64,000 nt of DNA from positions 96,001 through 160,000 of the forward strand of contig CAVZMI010000018.1 in the NCBI GenBank assembly GCA_963776275.1, written 5' to 3'. This DNA comes from Ignavibacteriota bacterium. Lineage in GTDB: Bacteria > Bacteroidota > Ignavibacteria > UBA10030 > CAVZMI01. A program made the position numbers and the translations under genes. Below are positions 50,619 through 63,414 of this stretch, piece after piece. Below the pieces are notes generated by a model. It was not told the origin of the DNA, did no database searches, and saw nothing but the letters and a program-made list of their open reading frames with translations. How positions within the stretch are numbered: position 1 is the stretch's first letter; each line of letters opens with the position of its first letter.

Positions 50619-53609
50619 ATGATGAAGACTGCACAAAGAATCATGTTCTATCTCGTAATTCTCGCGATAATATGTTCTTCCGTTTATGCCGGCGAATATA
50701 CAAAAGGAGAAATTTATCAAGGGTTCAAACTTCTTGAAAAACGTTTTGTTAAAGAAGTGAATTCCGAATGTCTATACTTCGAACATGTAAAGAGCGGTGC
50801 CCGTCTTCTGAAAATAGCCTCCGATGATCCCAATAAAACATTCAGTATCGCATTTAAGACGGATCCGGAATCCAACGATGGGACTCCCCACATCATGGAA
50901 CATTGCGTTCTGAACGGATCAAAGAACTTTCCTGTCAAAAGTCCGTTCGACCAGCTATCGAAAGGGTCTCTCGTCACATTCTTAAATGCCCTCACCGGCG
51001 ACGAGGTTACATGCTATCCGTTCGCGAGCATGAACGACAAGGATTATTTTAACGTGATGCACGTTTATCTTGACGCAGTGTTCAATCCGCTTATCGACAG
51101 TGATCCCCGTATATTAAAACAGGAAGGCTGGCATCATGAGCTGGATTCATTGAATGGCCCCGTTGTTTATAAAGGCGTCGTCTATAACGAAATGAAGGGC
51201 GCTTATTCCAATCCGGTACGTGAATTGAATTATCAGGTTAATAAAAATCTCTTCCCCGATAATGGCTATCACTTTACGGCGGGCGGGTATCCGTCATCCA
51301 TTCCAAAGTTAACGTACGATATGTTCGTGGAATACCATAAAAAATATTATCATCCAGCAAACAGTTACATCATGCTGTACGGAAATGCAGACCTTGATAA
51401 AGAGCTTACATTCATCGATGCTGAATATCTCTCGAAATATGATAAAACAGCCTGCCCGGTCGTTTTCCCGCTTCAAAAGCCTTTTACCGTGATGAAAGAG
51501 GTCATAGCGTTATATTCAATTCCGGAGGGGAGCAAGTCTGAAAATCAAACGTATCTCGCTTTTAGTGTTGTTGCCGGACTTAATACAGATAGGGCAACGA
51601 CAATGGGCCTTAATATATTGTCTGACTTACTCGTTAATCAGGAAGCTGCACCGATACGGCTGGCTCTGCAAAACGCCGGCATAGGGCAGGATGTGAGTGC
51701 CAGTGTGGATGAAATTGAACAGAATGTCTTTCAGATCGTGGTACAGAATGCAAATCCTGCCGATAAGCAGAAATTCCGTGACATTGTTATGACAACACTA
51801 CAAGATGTGGTGCAAAAAGGTCTCGGTAAAAAGGCGATTGAAGGCGCAATCAACCGGACGGAATTCCAGCTTCGGGAAGGGAATGATGCCCAGAAAGGAA
51901 TAACCTATGATTTACAGATTCTCCCTGGTTGGTTATTTGCCGATGATCCATTCCTGACGCTTGAATATGAAAAACCGCTGGCAATAGTCAAGACTGCTCT
52001 CGACAGTAAATACCTGGAATCGATTATTCGGAAATACATACTTGATAACCCGCATGCACTTCTCCTGGTACTTGAACCTAAACCGGGTATGGAGAAAGAG
52101 AATATTGCAGCAGCGGAGAAAGAACTGCAGGAGTACAAAGCTTCTCTCTCTGAAAAGGGGAAGGAAGACCTTGTAAAGGAGACACAGGATTTAATCGAAT
52201 ATCAGAAACGTGAAGATACGCCCGAAGCGGTTGCAACGATTCCACTGCTGGAGCGCAAAGATATCAATCCTAAAGCGACGTGGTATGCGGTGCAGGATCA
52301 GCGCGTTGCAGGTGTCCCCGTTCTGTATCATGAGGAATTTACGAACGGCGTTGTATATACGAACATGATGTTCGATGTCCGGGTTTTACCGGCAGAATTG
52401 ATTCCATACGCTGCGCTGCTTGCGGAAGTCGTGGGAAGTCAAAACACCGACAATTATTCATTTGGCGATCTGGATGTGGCATTGAATATCAATACAGGCG
52501 GATTTAATGCATTCCTTTTAACGTACCTCGAAAATCAGAACGATTCGGCGATGATGCCGAAATTCGTGGTGAATGCAAAGGTCATGAATACCAAGGTTGA
52601 TAAATTGTTCGATCTGCTTAATGAGATTGTCAACCACACACGCTATGCCGATACTGCCCGACTTAAAGCAATCATCATACGGCATCAGGCACGCCTTGAT
52701 GCCCAAGTGAAAAGTAACGGATATAGATACGCTCGTACTCGTCTCCTTTCGTATTTTACCAATGCGGGGATGATAGCTGAATTGACAGGCGGATTTGAAT
52801 ATTATTGGTTCATCTCGGAGTTGGCAGCAAATGTTGACCAAAAAGCCTCAGAGATCGGTGAGAAGCTTGCCAGAACTGCGTCGCTGTTGTTCAGGAAGGG
52901 AAACCTGATTGCTACGGTGACATGCGGTAAGAATGATTTACCCGTTATTATAAAGGAACTACCAAAGTTTGCTAATGCTCTTCCGGCAGGGACCGGGGAA
53001 TTTAAAGAGTGGAAATTTACATTTGAGAAGAAAAATGAGGGGTTCCTGACCGCATCGAAGGTTCAATATGTTATAAAAGGATATGATTTCAAAAAACTTG
53101 GATATTTATGGAACGGGAAGATCAATGTGCTGAGTCAGATACTCTCTTCCGATTGGCTCCAGACGCGTGTTCGGGTAGTCGGAGGAGCATATGGTGTATT
53201 TAGTTCGCTTGCACGGAACGGAAGAGTCGTATTCGGTTCATATCGCGATCCGAATTTGAAAGAAACATTGGAAAATTTCGATGCGATCCCCGAGTATCTC
53301 GATAAACTCGAAGTCAGCGATAAGGATATGACGAGATATATCATCGGCACCATCGCCGATTTGGATAATCCGCTGACGCCTTCACAGAAAGGCGATGCCG
53401 CCGCAAGATATTACCTGGAGAAATATACTCCGGAAGTTCTCCAGCATGACCGTGATGATGTGATCAACACAACTCTCGGCGATGTAAAGGGAATGAAGAA
53501 AATGGTCGCAGATATTTTGAATCAGAAAGTCATCTGTGTCTATGGCAACGAAGAGAAAATTACGCAGCAAAAGGATCTCTTTGGAAAAATCCAAAAATTG
53601 AGTCGCTGA
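50619..53609 (+). CDS. M16C (presequence protease / insulinase family) metallopeptidase with signal peptide
   Basis: HIMEH inverted zinc motif, GSKNFPVKSPF, GVVYNEMKG, VRVVGGAYG, SYRDPN. Confidence 0.9.
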   Translation: MMKTAQRIMFYLVILAIICSSVYAGEYTKGEIYQGFKLLEKRFVKEVNSECLYFEHVKSGARLLKIASDDPNKTFSIAFKTDPESNDGTPHIMEHCVLNGSKNFPVKSPFDQLSKGSLVTFLNALTGDEVTCYPFASMNDKDYFNVMHVYLDAVFNPLIDSDPRILKQEGWHHELDSLNGPVVYKGVVYNEMKGAYSNPVRELNYQVNKNLFPDNGYHFTAGGYPSSIPKLTYDMFVEYHKKYYHPANSYIMLYGNADLDKELTFIDAEYLSKYDKTACPVVFPLQKPFTVMKEVIALYSIPEGSKSENQTYLAFSVVAGLNTDRATTMGLNILSDLLVNQEAAPIRLALQNAGIGQDVSASVDEIEQNVFQIVVQNANPADKQKFRDIVMTTLQDVVQKGLGKKAIEGAINRTEFQLREGNDAQKGITYDLQILPGWLFADDPFLTLEYEKPLAIVKTALDSKYLESIIRKYILDNPHALLLVLEPKPGMEKENIAAAEKELQEYKASLSEKGKEDLVKETQDLIEYQKREDTPEAVATIPLLERKDINPKATWYAVQDQRVAGVPVLYHEEFTNGVVYTNMMFDVRVLPAELIPYAALLAEVVGSQNTDNYSFGDLDVALNINTGGFNAFLLTYLENQNDSAMMPKFVVNAKVMNTKVDKLFDLLNEIVNHTRYADTARLKAIIIRHQARLDAQVKSNGYRYARTRLLSYFTNAGMIAELTGGFEYYWFISELAANVDQKASEIGEKLARTASLLFRKGNLIATVTCGKNDLPVIIKELPKFANALPAGTGEFKEWKFTFEKKNEGFLTASKVQYVIKGYDFKKLGYLWNGKINVLSQILSSDWLQTRVRVVGGAYGVFSSLARNGRVVFGSYRDPNLKETLENFDAIPEYLDKLEVSDKDMTRYIIGTIADLDNPLTPSQKGDAAARYYLEKYTPEVLQHDRDDVINTTLGDVKGMKKMVADILNQKVICVYGNEEKITQQKDLFGKIQKLSR

Positions 53610-53946
53610 TGGGTGAAGTAGAATATAAAGCAGATAATTACACGGGGGTTGTTCAATCGAATGCCCCAGGTTTGTTATATTTTAACCGACACGCTTGCTC
53701 CGAGAGCCCGTTATGCGGTTTCTACCGATTCCTCGACGGTTCCCCATGCAGGGCTAGTCCAATAGTGGTCGGGGTAATTTTTTGGGTTTTTCATTGACAT
53801 GCCTGCAGCAAATGGTGGAGAATATCGGCTTTATTGTCGGAAAAAATCCTGATGATTCAAACGCTTGGATATTCTTTTAAAAAGAAACCCTCAATATTGG
53901 GTGCAGGACTCGCTCAAAAAGTGCGATATGGTTAAAGAAGTTGATT

Positions 53947-54468
53947 ATGGATGGAAAAATGTTTTTCATCTGGGTAGGGATAGGAGTGGCGACACATTGT
54001 ATTCGTACAGCATATGAAATATTGAAATTTAAAAAAATAATAATACCCGATAAAATAAGTTTTATTATCATTCTTTCAGTTATGCTCTTAATGTGGATTT
54101 CATGGTTCAATATGTGTACAGCCGATATTTACAAAATTATTATTCCGGATCTCGTGCGGTTTTTCGGTCTCGTTGTATTCATTGCAGGAATAATCATTTT
54201 CCTTACTGCACTATTTACAATTAAAGCTGTTGAGACGCACAAGGGCGATTTAGTTACCGGAGGGGTATATTCTAAAATCAGACATCCTATGTATCTGAGT
54301 TTTATATTATGGTTGATCGGATTATCGGTTTTTTCAGGAGCCGTAATTTCATTCATTGTATCTATAGCCTTTATTACAAATATTCTATTCTGGAAATATT
54401 TGGAAGAAAAAGAGTTGGAGATACGCTACCCAACATACAATGATTATAAAAAGAGGACAATATTTTAA
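53947..54468 (+). CDS. Isoprenylcysteine carboxyl methyltransferase / PEMT family membrane protein
   Basis: LVTGGVYSKIRHPMY, EEKEL...YNDYKKRT. Confidence 0.82.
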   Translation: MDGKMFFIWVGIGVATHCIRTAYEILKFKKIIIPDKISFIIILSVMLLMWISWFNMCTADIYKIIIPDLVRFFGLVVFIAGIIIFLTALFTIKAVETHKGDLVTGGVYSKIRHPMYLSFILWLIGLSVFSGAVISFIVSIAFITNILFWKYLEEKELEIRYPTYNDYKKRTIF

Positions 54469-54574
54469 TCTTTATATCTTCGTGATCGTCTGGATGAACA
54501 TTCAGAAGCCGGAATACACACACGAATATATTCAAGGTGAATCACGCCGGCAGAAACCCTATCAGGGACAACTA

Positions 54575-55267
54575 ATGGAAGATACCTTAAAACCGCCATA
54601 TTTGAAAAAGGTAGGACAGCGCGGTTACATAACAATCTGGATTGTCGACGGCACATACGTGCGAACTCATCTTGACGAAGAGTTTACAAACTTCGGACAT
54701 CATTACAGTTTTAAATGCATCCCTGAAAATGAATTCTGGCTTGATAAGGAGGCAAAGGAAGATGAGCGGAAATTCTTCATCGATCACCTGCTGGTAGAGC
54801 ATCGACTTATGGCGAAAGGGATATCGTACAATAAAGCACTGGAAACCGCCGATAGGGCAGAAATGGCGGAACGAAAAAAAGCGGGGGATGTTGAGGCATT
54901 AACGAAAGGGGAGAACCTTCCCGATCCGGCAAAGGTTCATATGCGGCTCTGGAAGAAACTTGAAGCGGGTATATCCGTTTGGATCGTTGACGGCCGGCTT
55001 GTACGGAGTGTCTTTGATATCGATTTCACCGAGGGTGGGCATGATTATGTCTATGAGTTCGTCCCGGAAAATGAAGTATGGATTGACAACGATCTTGAAG
55101 AAATTGAGCGCCCGTACGTACTACTCCATGAGCTGCACGAACGGAATTTGATGGCAAAGGGTTGGGACTACGATAAAGCGCATGAAGATTCAAGCACGAT
55201 AGAGTACTATTGTCGTCATCACGCCAACGAGTTACATCTGGCTCTGGCAAAAGAAGGGTGGGAGTAG
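54575..55267 (+). CDS. Hypothetical protein with internal domain duplication and HExxE motif
   Basis: Two repeats of WIVDG..VR.....F..(F/G)GH.Y....PENE.W.D; the second contains LLHELHE. Confidence 0.75.
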   Translation: MEDTLKPPYLKKVGQRGYITIWIVDGTYVRTHLDEEFTNFGHHYSFKCIPENEFWLDKEAKEDERKFFIDHLLVEHRLMAKGISYNKALETADRAEMAERKKAGDVEALTKGENLPDPAKVHMRLWKKLEAGISVWIVDGRLVRSVFDIDFTEGGHDYVYEFVPENEVWIDNDLEEIERPYVLLHELHERNLMAKGWDYDKAHEDSSTIEYYCRHHANELHLALAKEGWE

Positions 55268-55376
55268 CCAAAGGACTTTACACTTGCCGGTAAATGTGTA
55301 ATTCGTTGGAATGCATTTTAGACTGCCGTTGACAGCGGCTTCATAAACACTCATTAGAAGAAATGAGAGGTTGGAT

Positions 55377-56507
55377 ATGGGCTTCCAGCTAAAAGAAGCA
55401 AAAACTTTACATGAATTAAAACAATTCATATCGTTTCAATACTCATTGTATCGTGATAATAAATATTGGGTGCCCCCCCTTCGTGCCGACGAACTGAAGA
55501 CACTTCGAAAAGATAAGAATCCTGCTTTTGATTTCTGTGAATCAAAATACTGGCTGGCTTCGAAAAACGGAAAAGTAATCGGCCGGATTGCCGGGATTAT
55601 CAATAGAAAATACAATGAGAAGTGGAATACGAAAGCAGCTCGTTTCGGATGGGTCGATTTTATCGACGATACGGAAGTCTCCGCTGCACTCTTCGATGCT
55701 GTTGAAAAATGGACAAAGTCAAAGGGAATGCACTGCATTCATGGCCCTCTGGGCTTTACTGATATGGATGGGGAAGGGACACTTATCGAAGGTTTTGAAG
55801 AAGCAAGCACATTTGGTGCAATTTACAATTATCCATATTACTCGCGACATATTGAAAATGCAGGGTATTCAAAAGATATCGACTGGATTGAATATGTAGT
55901 GACAATGCATTCGGGAATTCCTGAAAAGGTACATAGAATAGCTGAGATTGCATTGGAGAGAAACAATCTTAAAATATTAAAGGTCAGAAAAGCTAAAGAG
56001 CTGCTTCCATATGCAAAGGAAATATTTTATCTACTGAACGATGCCTATAAGGAACTCTACGGCTTTGTTGAATTATCGGATAGACAGATAGATATGTACG
56101 TGAAGCAATATTTCAGCTTTATTCTTCCCGAATACGTACCGGTGGTGCTGGATTCTGATAACAAGGTTGTCGCTTTTGGCATTGCCATGCCCTCATTATC
56201 CGGGGCGTTTCAAAAATGTAAAGGCCGTCTGTTTCCTTTCGGATTTATCCATGTCTTGAGAGCATTAAAAAAGAATAAAAATGTCGATCTTTATCTGACT
56301 GCGGTACGTCCTGATGCTCAGAATAAAGGTGTCAACGCAATTTTAATGTACGAGATGAACAAGGTATTTGTAAAAAATAAAATTGAAATAGTCGAAACAA
56401 ACAGAGAACTGGAAGGAAATACAAAAGTCCAGGCTCAATGGAGATTTTTTGACAGGCGGCAGCACAAACGAAGAAGATGTTATAAAAAAGATTTATTGTT
56501 GATTTGA
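55377..56507 (+). CDS. GNAT-fold protein (YghO-like)
   Basis: WVPPL, GRIAGIIN, ARFGWVDFIDD, GPLGFTDMD, YNYPYY, QNKGVNA. Confidence 0.75.
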   Translation: MGFQLKEAKTLHELKQFISFQYSLYRDNKYWVPPLRADELKTLRKDKNPAFDFCESKYWLASKNGKVIGRIAGIINRKYNEKWNTKAARFGWVDFIDDTEVSAALFDAVEKWTKSKGMHCIHGPLGFTDMDGEGTLIEGFEEASTFGAIYNYPYYSRHIENAGYSKDIDWIEYVVTMHSGIPEKVHRIAEIALERNNLKILKVRKAKELLPYAKEIFYLLNDAYKELYGFVELSDRQIDMYVKQYFSFILPEYVPVVLDSDNKVVAFGIAMPSLSGAFQKCKGRLFPFGFIHVLRALKKNKNVDLYLTAVRPDAQNKGVNAILMYEMNKVFVKNKIEIVETNRELEGNTKVQAQWRFFDRRQHKRRRCYKKDLLLI

Positions 56508-56540
56508 TGAACCCTATGCTGCATAACGGAGACGGATAAA

Positions 56541-56567
56541 GGAGACGTCCCGGTGGGACGTCTCCAC
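56541..56567 (-). repeat. GTRG-type REP palindrome
   Basis: Reverse strand GTGGAGACGTCCCACCGGGACGTCTCC, between convergent genes. Confidence 0.7.
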
Positions 56568-56591
56568 AGTCCTCAACCTTGTAGCAATATT

Positions 56592-57419
56592 TCACGCCGA
56601 TTGGCGGACGATAATTTCAGGGTTGAAAGTAACCTTCTGGGGTTTCTGGAGAATTTCGGCTCTTTGGAGCACGGCCATTTTGTACGCAGCATCGGCCATC
56701 TCCTTCAAAGGCTGCCTGATGGTAGTAAGCTTGGGTGTCGAAACCTGCGCTATGAAAAGATCGTCGAATCCCATAACTGCGACATCCTGGGGTATCCGCG
56801 TTCCCCGTTCTCTGGCTGCAGAGAGTAAACCTGATGCAGTGTTGTCACCAGCCGCGCAAAAGATGGCATCCACGCCTATGTCCAACAACTTCGGCATTAC
56901 CTCGACGCCGTCCTCGCGAGAGTAGTTGATCACCTCGATTTTGCAACCTGGGGGCACGGAGAGCCCTGCGGCGCTTAGTGCCTGCAGAAATCCCTTAAGC
57001 CTTTGCTCTGCGTTGTAGCCCCCTTTTATCTGAGTCCTGCCGGAGACTATGGCGATCCTCTTTCTGCCTTTCGCAATGAAGTACTCCCCTGCGAGGCGTC
57101 CGCCCGTGAAGTTGTCTACGGTAATGGTGGATGCACCGGCCGTATCTTCGTCCAGCAGCACGATGGGTACATTCACGGCTGTATAAGCAGCAATTGTATC
57201 TGGATCAGGTCGTATATCCATAGCGATCAAGGCGGTGGGATTTGTCTGTGTCAGGGCTTGTTCTAAGCGTTGTTTCTGCACATCAGTTTCGCCTGTAATA
57301 GATCGCATGACAATCTCCTCCGGCTTGAACAGCTTCTTAAAATGTTCGCACATCGCCGTGTGTATAGCTGACAGGAATGTCGGTGCTACTATTAAAACTT
57401 TTATATATCGATTCGCCAT
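56592..57419 (-). CDS. LacI/GalR-type ligand-binding domain without HTH (copy 1)
   Basis: VPIVLLD, VDNFTGGRLAGEY, RIPQDVAVMGFDD, PKLTTIRQP, IVRQS. No HTH and no signal peptide. Confidence 0.85.
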   Translation of the reverse strand: MANRYIKVLIVAPTFLSAIHTAMCEHFKKLFKPEEIVMRSITGETDVQKQRLEQALTQTNPTALIAMDIRPDPDTIAAYTAVNVPIVLLDEDTAGASTITVDNFTGGRLAGEYFIAKGRKRIAIVSGRTQIKGGYNAEQRLKGFLQALSAAGLSVPPGCKIEVINYSREDGVEVMPKLLDIGVDAIFCAAGDNTASGLLSAARERGTRIPQDVAVMGFDDLFIAQVSTPKLTTIRQPLKEMADAAYKMAVLQRAEILQKPQKVTFNPEIIVRQSA

Positions 57420-57533
57420 TTATTCACCCGCTTTTCTGGTATTATTAAATATTTTTTGTTACCATATCCTTTATTATAAATTCCTTACTTTAGAAGTGTC
57501 ATTAATGACCCGTTCAACCGACGTAGTATCATT

Positions 57534-58361
57534 TCATGCGGATTGACGGACGATGATTTCAGGATTGAATACAACCTTCTGCGGCTTCTGGAGAATTTCG
57601 GCTCTTTGAAGCACGGCCATTTTGTACGCAGCATCGGCCATCTCCTTCAAAGGCTGCCTGATGGTAGTAAGCTTGGGTGTCGAAACCTGCGCTATAAAAA
57701 GATCGTCGAATCCCATAACTGCGACATCCTGGGGTATCCGCATTCCCCGTTCTCTGGCTGCAGAGAGTAAACCTGATGCAGTGTTGTCACCAGCCGCGCA
57801 AAAGATGGCATCCACACCAACTTCCAACAATTTCGGCATCACCTCGACGCCGTCCTCGCGAGAGTAGTTGATCACCTCGATTTTGCAACCTGGGGGTATG
57901 GAGAGCCCTGCGGCGCTTAGTGCCTGCAGAAATCCCTTAAGCCTTTGCTCTGCGTTGTAGCTCCCTTTTATCTGAGTCTTGCCGGAGACTATGGCGATCC
58001 TCTTTCTGCCTTTCGCAATGAAGTACTCCCCTGCGAGGCGTCCGCCCGTGAAGTTGTCTACGGTAATGGTGGATACACCGGCAGCTTCCTCGTCTATTAG
58101 TACGATAGGTGCATTCGCAGCTTTGTAGGCAGCGATCGTATACGGGTCCGGTTGTACAGCCATAGCGATCAAGGCGGTGGGACTTATCTGCGTCAGTGTC
58201 TGCTCCAAGCGCTGTCTCTGCACATCAGGTTCGCCTGTAATAGATCGTATGACAATCTCCTCCGGCTTGAACAGCTTCTTAAAATGTTCACACATCGCCG
58301 TGTGTATAGCCGACAGGAATGTCGGTGCCACTATAAAAACTTTTATATATTGATTCGCCAT
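57534..58361 (-). CDS. LacI/GalR-type ligand-binding domain without HTH (copy 2)
   Basis: Same length as copy 1 (275 aa); 26 amino-acid differences by manual count. Confidence 0.85.
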   Translation of the reverse strand: MANQYIKVFIVAPTFLSAIHTAMCEHFKKLFKPEEIVIRSITGEPDVQRQRLEQTLTQISPTALIAMAVQPDPYTIAAYKAANAPIVLIDEEAAGVSTITVDNFTGGRLAGEYFIAKGRKRIAIVSGKTQIKGSYNAEQRLKGFLQALSAAGLSIPPGCKIEVINYSREDGVEVMPKLLEVGVDAIFCAAGDNTASGLLSAARERGMRIPQDVAVMGFDDLFIAQVSTPKLTTIRQPLKEMADAAYKMAVLQRAEILQKPQKVVFNPEIIVRQSA

Positions 58362-58449
58362 TAGCTTTTACAAAGTGGAAAAAAATTATCAGTAAATATA
58401 TTAAAAATAAATTCTTAAATAAACCGATTTCAATATATTATATAACCAC

Positions 58450-58479
58450 AAAAACTCCGTGTTTATAGACAGAGTTTTT
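58450..58479 (-). terminator. Probable terminator downstream of carB
   Basis: aaaaactc...gagttttt inverted repeat. Confidence 0.55.
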
Positions 58480-58514
58480 ATTTGTCGGATTCGCGAAAAT
58501 TTTTTACTACAATT

Positions 58515-61717
<3,203 letters not shown>

Positions 61718-62050
61718 TTGGGTTCCTGTTTTTTCTGGAATTCGATAGTCTTTTATTCCCGAGGTGCTGGCTTTTCTCTTTGATAAAATATAACACCCGG
61801 CTAATAAAAAAAGAACATTGATGGTGCCGTGCCCCCCATCTTTAAAATCTGACTTAATAATAGGTGCACTGCCACAGAGTACACTAAGGATTAAAAGAGG
61901 ACGCAGAGTTGAAATAGCATAATGCTAAATTATTTAACTATTATAAACAAAAATGTTCTTTACTGCAAGAAAAACATTTCTCTTATGGCGAATAAAAAAG
62001 CCAGTCACGACAACCGGCTTCATAATTGAAAAAGCCATTCATAAGCAATG

Positions 62051-62908
62051 TTAAAAAATCGTATAACTCACACCCATTCCCAGCGTCTGCTTCACCTGCG
62101 TCCTCGGCGTAATTTGTCTCTCGTTAATCAGCTGAAGGTTGAGGGCTACGGTGATATATTTCCCGACCTTTGCCATAATACTGGAGTTGGTACGGACGAT
62201 CACCTCGTCCAGTTTTTTAAAAGCGCTGAATAATTCGAGCTGCGTGGTGAACAATACGTTATCATCGAGCAGGAACTCGACATTGGTCACCGATTCCAGG
62301 CCTACATTCACGCTGCTTTTTTCTACTGTCGTTGTCTTCGGATCGTCTGCATATCCCGTAAATTGACTCGTCAGCACTTCGCGAAGCGCAAGTCCAAGCC
62401 GTGTTTTCACTTCTTTCGTCGGTTGATAAAAGGCGCCGGCACTCTGAACGAGATACGCCGGATCGAAGAAGTTCGAAACCTGCGTGCGTGCATTGTTAGC
62501 ATCGTAGGTATAGCCCGGTGCGAACTGCGTCTTAAGAGTCGCAGCTACATACGGTTCAATGTACCCGCCGGTTTTATATGTCAGGATGGACTCAAGTTCA
62601 ATCTTATCATCGGTTTTCTTCGTTCCTTGATCCCCGACCCGCGTCTGACCGAAAGCGAAGTGGTAGACATTCAACCATTGCATTGTTTCCATATTATCGA
62701 TTGATTTTCCATCCGCGGTCGCACCCCATGAAAGAGAGTTCACACCCCCCTGGGCCCAATCGGTAAAAGCAGTCTGGTTGATTGTTAGCGCGGTCATTAG
62801 AGTGTGCTTCCAGCCGTATTCGGGAGCAGGAGGAGGTATCGGCTGTGTTTGTGCTTCAACACAAAGAGCAAGACTAAAAACGGATAAAAAAAGGAAAATA
62901 TTTTTCAT
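62051..62908 (-). CDS. DUF3078-like outer-membrane beta-barrel protein
   Basis: Signal peptide, NQTAFTDWAQGG, KKTDDKI, KTQFAPGY, C-terminal aromatic strand (GVSYTIF). Confidence 0.75.
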   Translation of the reverse strand: MKNIFLFLSVFSLALCVEAQTQPIPPPAPEYGWKHTLMTALTINQTAFTDWAQGGVNSLSWGATADGKSIDNMETMQWLNVYHFAFGQTRVGDQGTKKTDDKIELESILTYKTGGYIEPYVAATLKTQFAPGYTYDANNARTQVSNFFDPAYLVQSAGAFYQPTKEVKTRLGLALREVLTSQFTGYADDPKTTTVEKSSVNVGLESVTNVEFLLDDNVLFTTQLELFSAFKKLDEVIVRTNSSIMAKVGKYITVALNLQLINERQITPRTQVKQTLGMGVSYTIF

Positions 62909-62925
62909 TATCTTCTCCCGTAGGA

Positions 62926-63224
62926 TTATTTTTTGGTAACCTTTTCTTCTCTCAACACATATTTTGCAATGATATATATGACGTAAGCGACAATCACAAA
63001 ATCAACAAGCGCTCCAAGAATCGGGCCGGGGAGGAAATGAAACGAACCAGATCAAGCGTTGCGGTCCGCCAATTACCACCGGGGATGAAAAACAACACTA
63101 ATGGCATGAGAAGACCATCGACAAGTGATGCGACGAGTGTGTTCAATTTACCCCCGATAATGACTGCAATTGCGAGGCCGACGACCCCATACTGCGTAAT
63201 GAAATCAATGAATTCTTTGAACAT
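62926..63224 (-). CDS. mscL: Large-conductance mechanosensitive channel MscL-like (apparent frameshift at ~63048)
   Basis: MFKEFIDF...VVGLAIAVIIG...SLVDGLLMP; the shifted frame gives GPILGALVDFVIVAYVIY...KVTKK*. Confidence 0.82.
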
Positions 63225-63414
63225 AGGACATTTCTCCTTTTAATGTGAGTTGTCGGTGAGTGAAATATTAACGTAAAGAAACCAAAGATGAACATATTTT
63301 ATAATTGCAGCATCAAGAGAAGTATATATAATATGAATATAAGTTTATAGAGAATCAAGAATTGCTTTTGAGATCAATGAATGGTAGTTTCCTATGGCCA
63401 GCAAGGGTAGAGCC

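Noticed and set aside
44497-56590. Integron cassette array
   Set aside because: Isolated GTTATGC (~53710) and GCATAAC (56521) exist, but there are no paired, repeated attC structures and no intI.
56592-58361. Diversity-generating retroelement template/variable repeat pair
   Set aside because: Differences are not adenine-specific, many are synonymous, both copies are full ORFs and no reverse transcriptase is present.
61740-61930. Riboswitch or PyrR attenuator upstream of carB
   Set aside because: A weak hairpin and T-run are present on the minus strand, but I could not recognise a PyrR-binding or riboswitch consensus.
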